Positions 35,212 to 44,076 of a stretch of DNA of 64,000 nucleotides are shown here, piece by piece. The stretch comes from an uncultured Fibrobacteraceae bacterium. Lineage in GTDB: Bacteria; Krumholzibacteriota; Krumholzibacteriia; LZORAL124-64-63. Location of the stretch: positions 37,426-101,425 of the forward strand of contig CAZWYF010000005.1 in the NCBI GenBank assembly GCA_964637835.1. Direction: 5' to 3'. Each line of letters opens with the position of its first letter. The first letter of the stretch is position 1. Made by a program: the position numbers and the translations under genes. The notes beneath the pieces are model-generated. The model was not told where the DNA came from. It did not search any database and saw only the letters and a program-made list of their open reading frames with translations.

Positions 35212-36042
35212 ATGGAACACCTCGAGATCCAGGGGACCACGATCCCTCGCCTCGGCCTGGGCACCTTCGAACTCCACGGCGACACCTGCCGGCGCAGCGT
35301 GGAGACCGCCCTGGAACTGGGCTACCGGCACCTCGATACCGCCGAGTCCTACGGCAACGAGTCCGACGTCGGGGCGGCCCTCGCCGCCAGCGGCATCCCG
35401 CGCGACCAGGTCTTCCTGGTGACCAAGGTCTGGTGGGAGAACCTCGGGTACCAGCAGGTCCTGCGGCACCTCGAGGGCAGCCTCGAGCGCCTGGACACCG
35501 ACCACGTGGACCTCGCGCTGATCCACTGGCCCGAGCCCCAGGGCGACCTCGAGGCCCCGCTGGCCGCCATGCAGCGTCTGCGCGAGGAGGGACGCATCGG
35601 CCTGCTGGGCGTGAGCAACTTCCCCGCCCCGCTGCTCCAGCGCGCCCTCGACCTGGCGCCCATCGCCTGCAACCAAGTGGAGTACCATCCCTTCCTCTCG
35701 CAGTCCGCCCTGCACGACCTCGCCGTCAAGCACGACCATGCCCTGGTAGCCTACTGCCCCATCGCCCGCGGCCGGGTGGCGGACGACCCGGTGATCGCGG
35801 AGATCGCCGCCGCCCACGGCAAGACGGCCGCCCAGGTGGCCCTGCGCTGGCTGCTGCAGCAGGAGAACGTGGCCGCGATCCCGAGGTCGTCCCGCGAGGA
35901 GCATCTGCGGGAGAACCTGGCGGTCTTCGACTTCACCCTCGATGCGGAGCAGACGGCGGCCATCGGCGCCCGGGAACGCGAACTGCGTCTGGTGGATCCG
36001 GAGTTCGCGCCGCGCTGGCGGCGGCGGCAGGCGCGGGAATAG
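35212..36042 (+). CDS. aldo/keto reductase (2,5-diketo-D-gluconate reductase-like)
   Basis: ATG at 35212 has a GGGAG SD. LGLGTFEL, YRHLDTAESYGNE, LIHWP and IPRSSREEHLREN motifs are present. Confidence 0.85.
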   Translation: MEHLEIQGTTIPRLGLGTFELHGDTCRRSVETALELGYRHLDTAESYGNESDVGAALAASGIPRDQVFLVTKVWWENLGYQQVLRHLEGSLERLDTDHVDLALIHWPEPQGDLEAPLAAMQRLREEGRIGLLGVSNFPAPLLQRALDLAPIACNQVEYHPFLSQSALHDLAVKHDHALVAYCPIARGRVADDPVIAEIAAAHGKTAAQVALRWLLQQENVAAIPRSSREEHLRENLAVFDFTLDAEQTAAIGARERELRLVDPEFAPRWRRRQARE

Positions 36043-36084
36043 CGAGGGCGCCTCGGGCGTCCGGCGCTCCAGGCGACCTCGCCG

Positions 36085-36981
36085 TCAAGCGAGGCGGTCA
36101 CCGATCCGGTCGTAGCGGGCGAGGCGTCGCGCCAGCCGCTTCGGCTTCTCGACCGCCAGCCGCGCGCCGGGCACCATGGCCGCGGCGAGCAGCTCCGCCT
36201 GCCGGCGGGCGATGAGGTCGCGGTAGGCGGCCGCCTCCGGCCGGCTGTCGAGCGGCGGCTCGGCGGCGACGGTGGTGGCGAGCAGGTGCAGGTCGTGATG
36301 CTCGCCGAGCTGATCGGTGAGCTGGTGGGCCTCGTCGCGCATGGCCTTCATCACCGCTGGCCACAGCGGCCGCAGCACGCGCAGCTGGTAGCGCAGGTAC
36401 TTGGCGCGCTTGCGCCACTGGTGGATGTCCGCCGGCTCGCCGGTGGCCGACGCCCGGCGCCGGGCCTTGCGATGACGTCCGGCCACCTTGCGCAATCCCC
36501 CGCGAACGGCCGCGAAGCCCTCCGTCGCCAGGGGCCAGGTGTCCACGGCGGCACGGCCGACGAGCAGGGCCTCGCGGGCCCGGGCCAGCCGGCGGGGCAG
36601 GTCCAGGTCGGCCGCCTGCCGGTCGCGCCGTGCGGCAAGGGCGCGGCCCATCGCGGCGTAGTCGTCCGCGGCCACGTGATCGGCGGCGGCCAGCAGGCGC
36701 TCGTGGGTCTCCACCAGCGCCTGGGCGTCGCGGGCCGCGGCGAGGGGGCGGGCCAGGTCGCGGTAGTAGCCGTTGATGGCCTGGTATTCCGCGCCCAGGA
36801 CCGGGCGCACCAGGCGGGCGAGGGCCCGGAGCTTCTTGGCTCGCTTGCGCACCTGGTGGACCTGCTCGTGGTGATCGCGGCGGGGGTCATCGATCTCGGC
36901 GATGGCGCGGTCGATCTGCTCGCGCGCCATGCGCCGGACGCCACGGGCGACCGGCTCGCCCGGCTCGAATCGGTAGCTCAT
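36085..36981 (-). CDS. CHAD domain protein
   Basis: ATG at 36979-36981 has a GGGAGGA SD. A helical His/Arg-rich pattern (HQVRKRAKKLRALARL ... HQWRKRAKYLRYQLRVL) is typical of CHAD. Confidence 0.7.
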   Translation of the reverse strand: MSYRFEPGEPVARGVRRMAREQIDRAIAEIDDPRRDHHEQVHQVRKRAKKLRALARLVRPVLGAEYQAINGYYRDLARPLAAARDAQALVETHERLLAAADHVAADDYAAMGRALAARRDRQAADLDLPRRLARAREALLVGRAAVDTWPLATEGFAAVRGGLRKVAGRHRKARRRASATGEPADIHQWRKRAKYLRYQLRVLRPLWPAVMKAMRDEAHQLTDQLGEHHDLHLLATTVAAEPPLDSRPEAAAYRDLIARRQAELLAAAMVPGARLAVEKPKRLARRLARYDRIGDRLA

Positions 36982-37180
36982 CTCCGCCAATCCTCCCTCT
37001 GGCTGCGGGCCTGGCCGTGGGCGGCGGGGCATCACGCCCAGCATAGCAAGCCCGTCCGGAGTCGCCGACGTGGCGGCGCCGCGCGTCCGGCCCGGACCGA
37101 TGGGCTTGCGGTCGTGTCCGGGGTCCTTACGCTGGGATACAGGACCGATTCGCCCGGATGCTGCCGCGAAGGAGGTCGCC

Positions 37181-37726
37181 ATGAACGGCCCTGCCCGAGA
37201 CCCGGAGATCCTCGCCGTGTTCGATTCGCCGTGGAGCCGTTCGCTCCGCTGGCTGACCACCCTCTCGGTGCTGATCCTGGTGGGGTTGGTGGCGGTGGCG
37301 CTGGCCCTCGGGCCGTTCGGCAATCCGGCGTGGGTAGCGGTGCTGCTGGCCCCGGCGCTGGTGGCGCTGGTGGCCGCCGGCTTCTTCACCATCCGGCGCT
37401 ACGAGATCGCGCCCGGCGAGCTGCTCGTGCGGCGCCTGGGCTGGACCACCACCGTGGACCTGGACGGCCTGGAGTCCGTGGGCACCGACCCGCAGGCCAT
37501 GCGGGATGCCCGCCGGACCTTCGGCCGCGGCCAGGTCTCCAGGCTCTTCAACACCTACGTCAACGACCAGCTCGGCCACTTCCAGGCCTACGGCAAGCAG
37601 GAGGATCACGCGGTGGTGCTGCAGTTCCCTCGCCGCACCGTGGTGGTCACGCCCGCCGAGCCCGAGCGCATGGCCAGCACCCTGGACGACCTCATCCCCG
37701 GACCGCCCGCCGGATCCACGGACTGA
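37181..37726 (+). CDS. membrane protein with bacterial PH (bPH_2/YdbT-like) domain
   Basis: GAAGGAGG SD. Two TM helices are followed by the soluble domain ...YEIAPGELLVRRLGWTTTVDLDGL.... Confidence 0.6.
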   Translation: MNGPARDPEILAVFDSPWSRSLRWLTTLSVLILVGLVAVALALGPFGNPAWVAVLLAPALVALVAAGFFTIRRYEIAPGELLVRRLGWTTTVDLDGLESVGTDPQAMRDARRTFGRGQVSRLFNTYVNDQLGHFQAYGKQEDHAVVLQFPRRTVVVTPAEPERMASTLDDLIPGPPAGSTD

Positions 37727-37744
37727 TCGGCAGGTCGGGACGGC

Positions 37745-38530
37745 TCACGCCCGCAGCTCGCCGGCCAGCCAGGTGACGGCCTGGCCGCGGAGGCGGACGC
37801 GGTCGCCGAGCAGACGGCAGCGGATCTCGCCGCCGCGGGGGGAGACCTGGTGCGCCACCATCTCCTCGCGCCCCAGCCGTGCCGCCCACCAGGGCACCAG
37901 CGTGCAGTGCGCCGAGCCGGTGACCGGGTCCTCGGGGATGCCCTCGCGCGGGGCGAAGAACCGGGAGACCAGGTCCACGCCGTCGCGATCGCCGGCCGCC
38001 GTGACGCAGACGGCGAAGACGTCGAGGGCGGCCAGGCGCGCCTGGTCCGGCGCGAGCGCGCGGACGGTGGCCGCGTCGGCCAGTTCCACCACCAGGTCGC
38101 GCGCCAGGCCCACCGCCACCGGCGCGGCGCCCAGGGCGTCCGCCAGGCCGGCCGGCGCCTCGCAGGGCACGGCCGGGCGGGCGGGGAAGTCGAGCTCGAG
38201 CCAGGGGTCGTCCCGCGTGACGGTGATCAGGCCGCTCCGGGTGTGGAAGCGCAGGACCCCGGCCTTCTCGCCCCGCTCGCGCCAGAGGGCATGGGCGGTG
38301 GCCAGGGTGGCGTGGCCGCAGAGATCCACCTCGTGCACCGGCGTGAACCAGCGCAGGTCCCAGTCGCCGTCGGGGCGTCGCCGCGGATACGCGGTCTCCG
38401 AGAGGCCGATCTCCGTGGCGATCCGCTGCATGGCCTGCGGCTCGAGGGGGGCCGCGAGGGGGCAGACGCCGGCGGGGTTGCCGCCGTGGGGGTCGGTGGT
38501 GAAGGCCTGGATCTGGTAATAGGGCACCAT
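37745..38530 (-). CDS. PhzF family phenazine-biosynthesis-like isomerase
   Basis: The real start is MVPYYQIQAFT (ATG 38528-38530, GGAGAC SD), which is the last 261 aa of the 1056-aa track ORF. ...VDLCGHATLATAHAL... and ...PVTGSAHCTLVPWWA... are present. Confidence 0.8.
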   Translation of the reverse strand: MVPYYQIQAFTTDPHGGNPAGVCPLAAPLEPQAMQRIATEIGLSETAYPRRRPDGDWDLRWFTPVHEVDLCGHATLATAHALWRERGEKAGVLRFHTRSGLITVTRDDPWLELDFPARPAVPCEAPAGLADALGAAPVAVGLARDLVVELADAATVRALAPDQARLAALDVFAVCVTAAGDRDGVDLVSRFFAPREGIPEDPVTGSAHCTLVPWWAARLGREEMVAHQVSPRGGEIRCRLLGDRVRLRGQAVTWLAGELRA

Positions 38531-38595
38531 GGTCTCGTCTCCGGAACATCCTGTGGGGAAAGCGGTTGCACCATAGACTGGCCCGGTCGAGCAAG

Positions 38596-38625
38596 TCAAT
38601 ATCGAAAATTGTATCGATCCATTGA
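38596..38625. promoter_or_regulatory. imperfect inverted repeat TCAATATCGA-n8-TCGATCCATTGA in a low-GC divergent intergenic region; candidate MocR/PdxR operator
   Basis: Seen in the sequence between phzF-like (-) and the MocR regulator (+). It contains ATCGA/TCGAT half-sites. Confidence 0.4.
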
Positions 38626-38659
38626 CGCGCCTGAGGGGGTCAATTATCCTGGGCGTACC

Positions 38660-40036
38660 ATGGACGCCTGGAGCTGCGACATCACCGCCCATGCGGGCCC
38701 CCGCTACCTGGCCATCGCCGAGTGTCTGGCCGCGGACATCCGCGCCGGCCGGCTGGCCGGCGGCGACCGGCTGCCGCCGCAGCGCGAGCTGGCCGAGCAG
38801 CTGGGCGTCACCGTGGGCACCGTCTCGCGAGCCTATGCCGAGGCCGACCGCCGCGGCCTGGTGCGCGGCGAGGTGGGCCGGGGCACGTACGTGCGGGCGC
38901 GGGCGAGCGAGCGCTCCGGGGTGCGCGCCGCCAGCACGCCCATCGATCTGGGCCTGAACCTGCCGCTGCATGCGGAGGATCCCGACCTGGCCAGCGCCCT
39001 GCGCGACCTCGCGGCGCGGCCGGACGTCGGCCGGCTCCTGGGCTACCAGCCCACCCTGGGCGCGGCGCGGCACCGGCGGGCCGGCGCGGCCTGGCTCCAG
39101 CGGCACGGCCTGGACGTGGCGCCCGAGCGCGTGGTGGTCACCGCCGGCGCCCAGCATGCGATCACCGTGATCCTGGGCACGCTGTGCCGGGCCGGCGACG
39201 TCGTGCTCACCGAGCCGCTCACCTACCCGGGAGTGATGTCGGTGGCGCGCCTGCTGGGCCTGCGGCTGCACGCGGTGGCGGTGGATGCCGAGGGCCTGCG
39301 GCCCGACGCGCTGGCGGCGGCCTGCGAGGAACTGGGGCCGGGGCGGGTGCTCTACTGCCTGCCCACCCTGCACAATCCCACCACCGCCACCATGAGCCCG
39401 GCGCGGCGCGAGTCCATCGCCCGGGTGGCGCGACAGCACGACCTGCGCATCGTCGAGGACGACGTCCACCGCCTGCTCGATCCCCACGCCGGCCCGCCCC
39501 TTGCCGCCCTGGCGCCCGAGCGCACCTGCTACATCGCCAGCACCTCCAAGGTGGTGGCCGGCGGGCTGCGGGTGGCGTTCGTGGCGGTCCCCGATGGGAC
39601 GGCCGAGGGCATCGCCCACACGGTGTCGGCCTCGCTGTGGATCCCCTCGCCGCTGACGGCGGAGCTGGCGGCCGGATGGATCGAGGATGGCACCGCCGAG
39701 GCCACCGCCGAGCGCAAGCGCGCCGAGGCCGCCGCACGCCAGGTCCTGGCGCGCGAGGTGCTGGCCACCGACCGGCTGCGCGGGGGTGGGGCGTCGTTCT
39801 TCCAGTGGCTGCAGCTCGGCGACGGCTGGACCGCCGGGAGCTTCGCGGCCGCCACGCGCCGCCGCGGCGTGGTGGTGGCGCCGGCCGACGCCTTCGCCCT
39901 GCCAGGGCAGGAGGTGCCGGCCGCGGTACGGATCAGCCTGAGCGCCCCGTGGGGGCGCGAGGAGATGATCGCCGGCCTGCGCGTGCTGGCGGACATCATG
40001 CAGAGGGGACCGGCCCCGGCGCCGGCCATCGTCTAG
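38660..40036 (+). CDS. pdxR: MocR/GabR-family transcriptional regulator (GntR wHTH + aminotransferase-like domain), likely PdxR
   Basis: The N-terminal HTH is [23 protein letters not shown] and the C-terminal domain has a fold-type I aminotransferase-like sequence. It lies immediately upstream of pdxS-pdxT. Confidence 0.75.
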   Translation: MDAWSCDITAHAGPRYLAIAECLAADIRAGRLAGGDRLPPQRELAEQLGVTVGTVSRAYAEADRRGLVRGEVGRGTYVRARASERSGVRAASTPIDLGLNLPLHAEDPDLASALRDLAARPDVGRLLGYQPTLGAARHRRAGAAWLQRHGLDVAPERVVVTAGAQHAITVILGTLCRAGDVVLTEPLTYPGVMSVARLLGLRLHAVAVDAEGLRPDALAAACEELGPGRVLYCLPTLHNPTTATMSPARRESIARVARQHDLRIVEDDVHRLLDPHAGPPLAALAPERTCYIASTSKVVAGGLRVAFVAVPDGTAEGIAHTVSASLWIPSPLTAELAAGWIEDGTAEATAERKRAEAAARQVLAREVLATDRLRGGGASFFQWLQLGDGWTAGSFAAATRRRGVVVAPADAFALPGQEVPAAVRISLSAPWGREEMIAGLRVLADIMQRGPAPAPAIV

Positions 40037-40142
40037 GAGGGCATCCGGCGGCCGCGCGCGGCCGCCCGCATGGGGATCGATACGAGAAGACGACGCGCCC
40101 GGTGGCGCGCCAGGCAGGACGGACCAACACGGAGGCAGGATC

Positions 40143-41048
40143 ATGAATTTCCCGTGGGTGAACCAGGAGGCGCAGGAGCTCATGCGCCAGAAGATCGGCC
40201 TGGCCGAGATGCTCAAGGGCGGCGCCATCATGGACGTCACCAACGCGGCCCAGGCCAGGATCGCCGAGGAGGCGGGCGCGGTGGCCGTGATGGCCCTCGA
40301 GCGCATCCCGGCCGACATCCGCGCCGACGGCGGCATCGCGCGCATGAGCCAGCCGCGCATGATCAAGGAGATCCAGGACACGGTCTCCATCCCGGTGATG
40401 GCCAAGTGCCGCATCGGCCACTTCGCCGAGGCGCAGGTGCTCGAGGCCCTGGGCGTGGACTTCATCGACGAGTCGGAGGTCCTCACCCCGGCAGACGAGC
40501 AGAACCACGTCTGGAAGTGGGACTTCGAGGTGCCCTTCGTCTGCGGCTGCCGGAACCTGGGCGAGGCCCTGCGCCGCATCGGCGAGGGCGCGGCCATGAT
40601 CCGCACCAAGGGCGAGGCCGGCTCCGGCAACATCGTCGAGGCGGTGCGCCACATGCGCATGGTGCAGGAGGGCCTCAAGCGCCTGACCACCCTGCGCGAC
40701 GACGAGCTCATGGCCGAGGCCAAGATCCTCGGCGCGCCCGTCTCGCTGCTCTTCGAGATCAAGCGCACGGGCAAGCTGCCGGTGCCCAACTTCGCGGCCG
40801 GCGGCGTGGCCAACCCGGCCGACGCCTCGCTCATGATGCAGCTGGGCGCCGAGACGGTGTTCGTGGGCTCGGGCATCTTCAAGAGCACCGACCCCAAGCC
40901 GCGCGCCGAGGCCATCGTCCAGGCGGTGACCTACCACGACGACCCGCAGAAGCTCCTGGAGATCTCCATGGAGCTGGGCGAGGCCATGGCCGGGATCGAC
41001 GTGGCGAACCTGCCGGAAGACCAGCGGCTCGCCAGCCGCGGCTGGTAG
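40143..41048 (+). CDS. pdxS: pyridoxal 5'-phosphate synthase lyase subunit PdxS
   Basis: A near-full-length match to the PdxS/SNZ consensus is recognisable ([21 protein letters not shown]..., [17 protein letters not shown]). Confidence 0.95.
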   Translation: MNFPWVNQEAQELMRQKIGLAEMLKGGAIMDVTNAAQARIAEEAGAVAVMALERIPADIRADGGIARMSQPRMIKEIQDTVSIPVMAKCRIGHFAEAQVLEALGVDFIDESEVLTPADEQNHVWKWDFEVPFVCGCRNLGEALRRIGEGAAMIRTKGEAGSGNIVEAVRHMRMVQEGLKRLTTLRDDELMAEAKILGAPVSLLFEIKRTGKLPVPNFAAGGVANPADASLMMQLGAETVFVGSGIFKSTDPKPRAEAIVQAVTYHDDPQKLLEISMELGEAMAGIDVANLPEDQRLASRGW

Positions 41049-41088
41049 TCCGGGGACCATGCGAGGGGGGACCATGCGAGGTGCGACC

Positions 41089-41676
41089 ATGCCTCAGCCG
41101 GTGGGCCTGCTGGCCCTGCAGGGCGACTTCGAACGGCACCGGCAGGCCCTGGCCCGCGCCGGCCGCGAGACCCTGCCCGTCCGCCGCCAGGACGAGCTCG
41201 CCCGCGTGGGCTCCCTGGTGATCCCCGGGGGCGAGTCCACCACCCTCTCGCGGCTCATCGACCGCGGCGGCCTGCGCGCGCCGCTGCTGCAGTTCGCCCG
41301 CGACGGCAGGCCCATCCTGGGCACCTGCGCTGGCCTGATCATGCTCTCCAGCGGCCTGGTGGGCGAGCGTGATCAGGCCTGGCACGGGGTCCAGCCCCTC
41401 GGCCTGCTCGACGTGCAGGTCCAGCGCAACGGCTACGGCCGGCAGGTGGATAGCTTCACCGAGCCCCTCGACCTGGTGGACGACCTCGCCGCCGGCGGCC
41501 CCGCCGAGGCCGTCTTCATCCGCGCGCCCCGGATCATGGCCGTCGGCCCGCAGGCCGAGGTCATCGCCCGGCGGCCCGACGGCGAGGTGGTGGGGGTGCG
41601 CCAGGGTCGGCTGGTGGGGTTGACGTTTCATCCCGAGCTGGCGGACGATCCCCGCTTCCACGCGTTGCTGGGCTGA
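41089..41676 (+). CDS. pdxT: pyridoxal 5'-phosphate synthase glutaminase subunit PdxT
   Basis: LALQGDFERH, LVIPGGESTT and GTCAGLIML (catalytic Cys) are present. Three in-frame ATGs occur at 41059/41074/41089 from a tandem duplication; the third has a GAGGTG SD. Confidence 0.8.
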   Translation: MPQPVGLLALQGDFERHRQALARAGRETLPVRRQDELARVGSLVIPGGESTTLSRLIDRGGLRAPLLQFARDGRPILGTCAGLIMLSSGLVGERDQAWHGVQPLGLLDVQVQRNGYGRQVDSFTEPLDLVDDLAAGGPAEAVFIRAPRIMAVGPQAEVIARRPDGEVVGVRQGRLVGLTFHPELADDPRFHALLG

Positions 41677-41738
41677 GCTGCGGCGGGGGGCGCGGCCGCC
41701 CCGACCGGGGCTGCGGACCCTCCCGGCCGTGCCCGCCG

Positions 41739-42803
41739 TCAACCGATCTGCGTGTCCAGCCAGCCGGCCAGCTCGGTCAGCTCGGCGGCGAACGTCTGGC
41801 CCGCGGCGGCGGCGACCAGGCGCTCGCGGACGTCGGCGCCGCGGTACGGCGTCTGCGGCAGGCGCTCCATTACCAGATCGATCATGCCCGGGTGCAGGGT
41901 GTCGGAGAAGACCCGGGCGGCGACGATGCGGCCCCTGCGCGTGTCCAGATGCACGTCGATCAGGCCCCAGTCGAACTTGCCGGCCAGGTGGTGCGCGAAG
42001 TCCGGGGTGGCGCCGTAGCGCCAGTCCCAGTCCTGCTGCAGCGCGTAGTGCTCCGCCAGGGCGGGCAGGTGCTCGAGGTCCGCGCGGTCCAGCTCCTCCA
42101 CCGGCGCGTCGTCCTGGTGGTGCTCGCGGAAGACGTCGGCCAGGGCGTCGCAGAAGCGCTCGTGATCGAGGTCGGGACAGAAGTCCTGCAGGTTGGCCAC
42201 GCGGGAACGCACCGAGGCGATGCCCTTGGCGGCCAGCTTGCGCGGGTCCGGCTTCAGCAGCTCGCCCAGCCGGCCCAGATCCACGTGCAGCAGCATGGTG
42301 CCGTGGTGGAAGGCCCGGTCGGGGGCCTCCTTGAAGGCGTTGCCGGAGACCTTGCGGCCGTCGACGGTGATGTCGTTGCGGCCGGAGACCTCGGCCTCGA
42401 TGCCGAACCGCGCGAGGGTCCGGACGAGCAGCGCGAAGTTCCGGTCCTTCGAGTACGTGTCCTTGCCCTCGAGGAAGGTGAAGCAGGAGTTGCCCAGGTC
42501 CTGGTACACCGCGCCGCCGCCGCTCTGGCGGCGGGTCAGCAGCACGCCCTGGGCCTCCATCTTCGGCAGGTCGCACTCCCGCCAGGGGTTCTGGTGACGA
42601 CCGATCACGATGTTCGGCTGGTTGCGCCAGAGGAAGAGCACGGGCACCGACGGATCCAGGTCGCGGAAGATCCAGTCCTCGGTGGCCAGGTTGAACCACG
42701 GGTTGGTGTCGGTGGAGCGCAGGATGCGGACGGACACGGCGGATCCATTCGGTGGTGGGGACGGGGGGCGAAGATGATCGCCACGAATAACCCCGCCCGC
42801 CAC
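41739..42803 (-). CDS. lplA: lipoate-protein ligase A
   Basis: ...ILRSTDTNPWFNLATEDWIFRD... matches the E. coli LplA N-terminus, and a BPL/LPL catalytic domain is present. The exact start is uncertain; the track start is a GTG. Confidence 0.8.
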   Translation of the reverse strand: MAGGVIRGDHLRPPSPPPNGSAVSVRILRSTDTNPWFNLATEDWIFRDLDPSVPVLFLWRNQPNIVIGRHQNPWRECDLPKMEAQGVLLTRRQSGGGAVYQDLGNSCFTFLEGKDTYSKDRNFALLVRTLARFGIEAEVSGRNDITVDGRKVSGNAFKEAPDRAFHHGTMLLHVDLGRLGELLKPDPRKLAAKGIASVRSRVANLQDFCPDLDHERFCDALADVFREHHQDDAPVEELDRADLEHLPALAEHYALQQDWDWRYGATPDFAHHLAGKFDWGLIDVHLDTRRGRIVAARVFSDTLHPGMIDLVMERLPQTPYRGADVRERLVAAAAGQTFAAELTELAGWLDTQIG

Positions 42804-42861
42804 CGATGTCCAGCGCCCGCCGCCTCAGACCAGCCCGGCCGACTCAGACCAGCCCGCCGCC

Positions 42862-43872
42862 TCAGACCAGCCCGGCCGCCTTGCGGACCCGCTCGGCGGC
42901 CACCAGGGCGCGCAGGCCGTCGCGGCCGCTGACCAGGGGCGCCTCGCCGCTGCGGATGCAGCGGATGAAGGCCGCCAGCTCGTCCCGCAGGGGGTTGGCC
43001 TCCGGCTCCACGGGGGGCTTCTCCACCGAGACCAGCTGGTCGCGGACGAAATCCAGGGGCGAGAGGCCGCCGAGGTCGTCCGGGGTGATGTCGGTGGGGA
43101 TCACGTCGCCGCTGCCGACGCGCTCGTCCCGCCGGACGATGGTCGCCGTGCGGTCCATGAAGTCGATCTCGAAGTAGGCGTCGCTCTGGTAGGCGCGGAG
43201 CCGCCGCTCGGTGCGCAGGGCGGTGCGCACGGCCTTGAGCTGGGCGCAGGCGCCGCCCTCGAACTCGATCCAGGCGGCGGCCAGGTCCTCGGACTCCGAG
43301 AAGACCGGCGTGGCCCAGGCCCGCACCTCGGTGATCTCCTGGCGCACCAGCGACATGATGATCTCCAGGTCGTGGATCATCAGGTCCAGCACCACGCCCA
43401 CGTCGGTGGCCCGGAAGGGGTAGGGCGCCACCCGCACGGCCTCCAGGAAGCGCGGATCGGTGATCCGCCTCGCCACGGCCCGCAGCGCGGGATTGAAGCG
43501 CTCGATGTGGCCCACCTGCAGCAGGACGTTCTTGCTCTCGGCCACCTCGCAGAGCTCCCGCGCCTCGGCCGCGGAGGCCGCCAGCGGCTTCTCCACCAGG
43601 CAGGGCACGCCCAGTCCCAGGAAGTGGCGGGCGAGGTCGCGGTGCAGGGTGGTGGGCGCGGCGATGGTCACGCCGTCGAGGCCGGCCGGATCGAGCTGCG
43701 TGTGGTCGGTGACCAGCCGGCAGCCGTACAGATCGGCCAGGGCCTGCCGGGAGGGGTCGGGATCGCAGATGGCGACCAGTTCGGCTTCGGGCAGTCCAGC
43801 CAGCTGCTGGGCGTGCCAGCGGCCGAGATGGCCGGCGCCGACCACGGCGATACGGGCGGGATCCTGGGGCAT
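42862..43872 (-). CDS. Gfo/Idh/MocA family NAD(P)-dependent oxidoreductase
   Basis: ATG at 43870-43872 has an AAAGGAG SD. The Rossmann motif IAVVGAGHLGRWHA and the EKPLA block are present. Confidence 0.8.
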   Translation of the reverse strand: MPQDPARIAVVGAGHLGRWHAQQLAGLPEAELVAICDPDPSRQALADLYGCRLVTDHTQLDPAGLDGVTIAAPTTLHRDLARHFLGLGVPCLVEKPLAASAAEARELCEVAESKNVLLQVGHIERFNPALRAVARRITDPRFLEAVRVAPYPFRATDVGVVLDLMIHDLEIIMSLVRQEITEVRAWATPVFSESEDLAAAWIEFEGGACAQLKAVRTALRTERRLRAYQSDAYFEIDFMDRTATIVRRDERVGSGDVIPTDITPDDLGGLSPLDFVRDQLVSVEKPPVEPEANPLRDELAAFIRCIRSGEAPLVSGRDGLRALVAAERVRKAAGLV

Positions 43873-43988
43873 GCAAGACTCCTTTCGCTGGGCTGGCAGA
43901 CTAGCAGAACTCGCCGGCGCGGGCGAGGGGATTCGCACGGCAGATTCGCACGAGGGATCCGGGGGGTGGTGGCCGGTCGTCCCTGCCG

Positions 43989-44003
43989 TCGATAGATTAT
44001 CGA
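43989..44003. promoter_or_regulatory. palindrome TCGATA-gat-TATCGA in a low-GC region upstream of the KamA-family gene
   Basis: Seen in the sequence about 75 nt upstream of the ATG at 44077. Confidence 0.35.
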
Positions 44004-44076
44004 TACCCGCCCCTGACTCATCAACCCCAGCGACGTCTTTGCAGGAGGTCGAGACCGAGAAGGGAGGTCACGCAGC

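Noticed and set aside
33369-35285. 638-aa minus ORF
   Set aside because: Antisense to pncB, which has clear family blocks and an SD.
38531-40915. upstream 795 aa of the 1056-aa minus ORF
   Set aside because: Only the last 261 aa (PhzF) are real. The remainder is antisense to the MocR regulator and pdxS.
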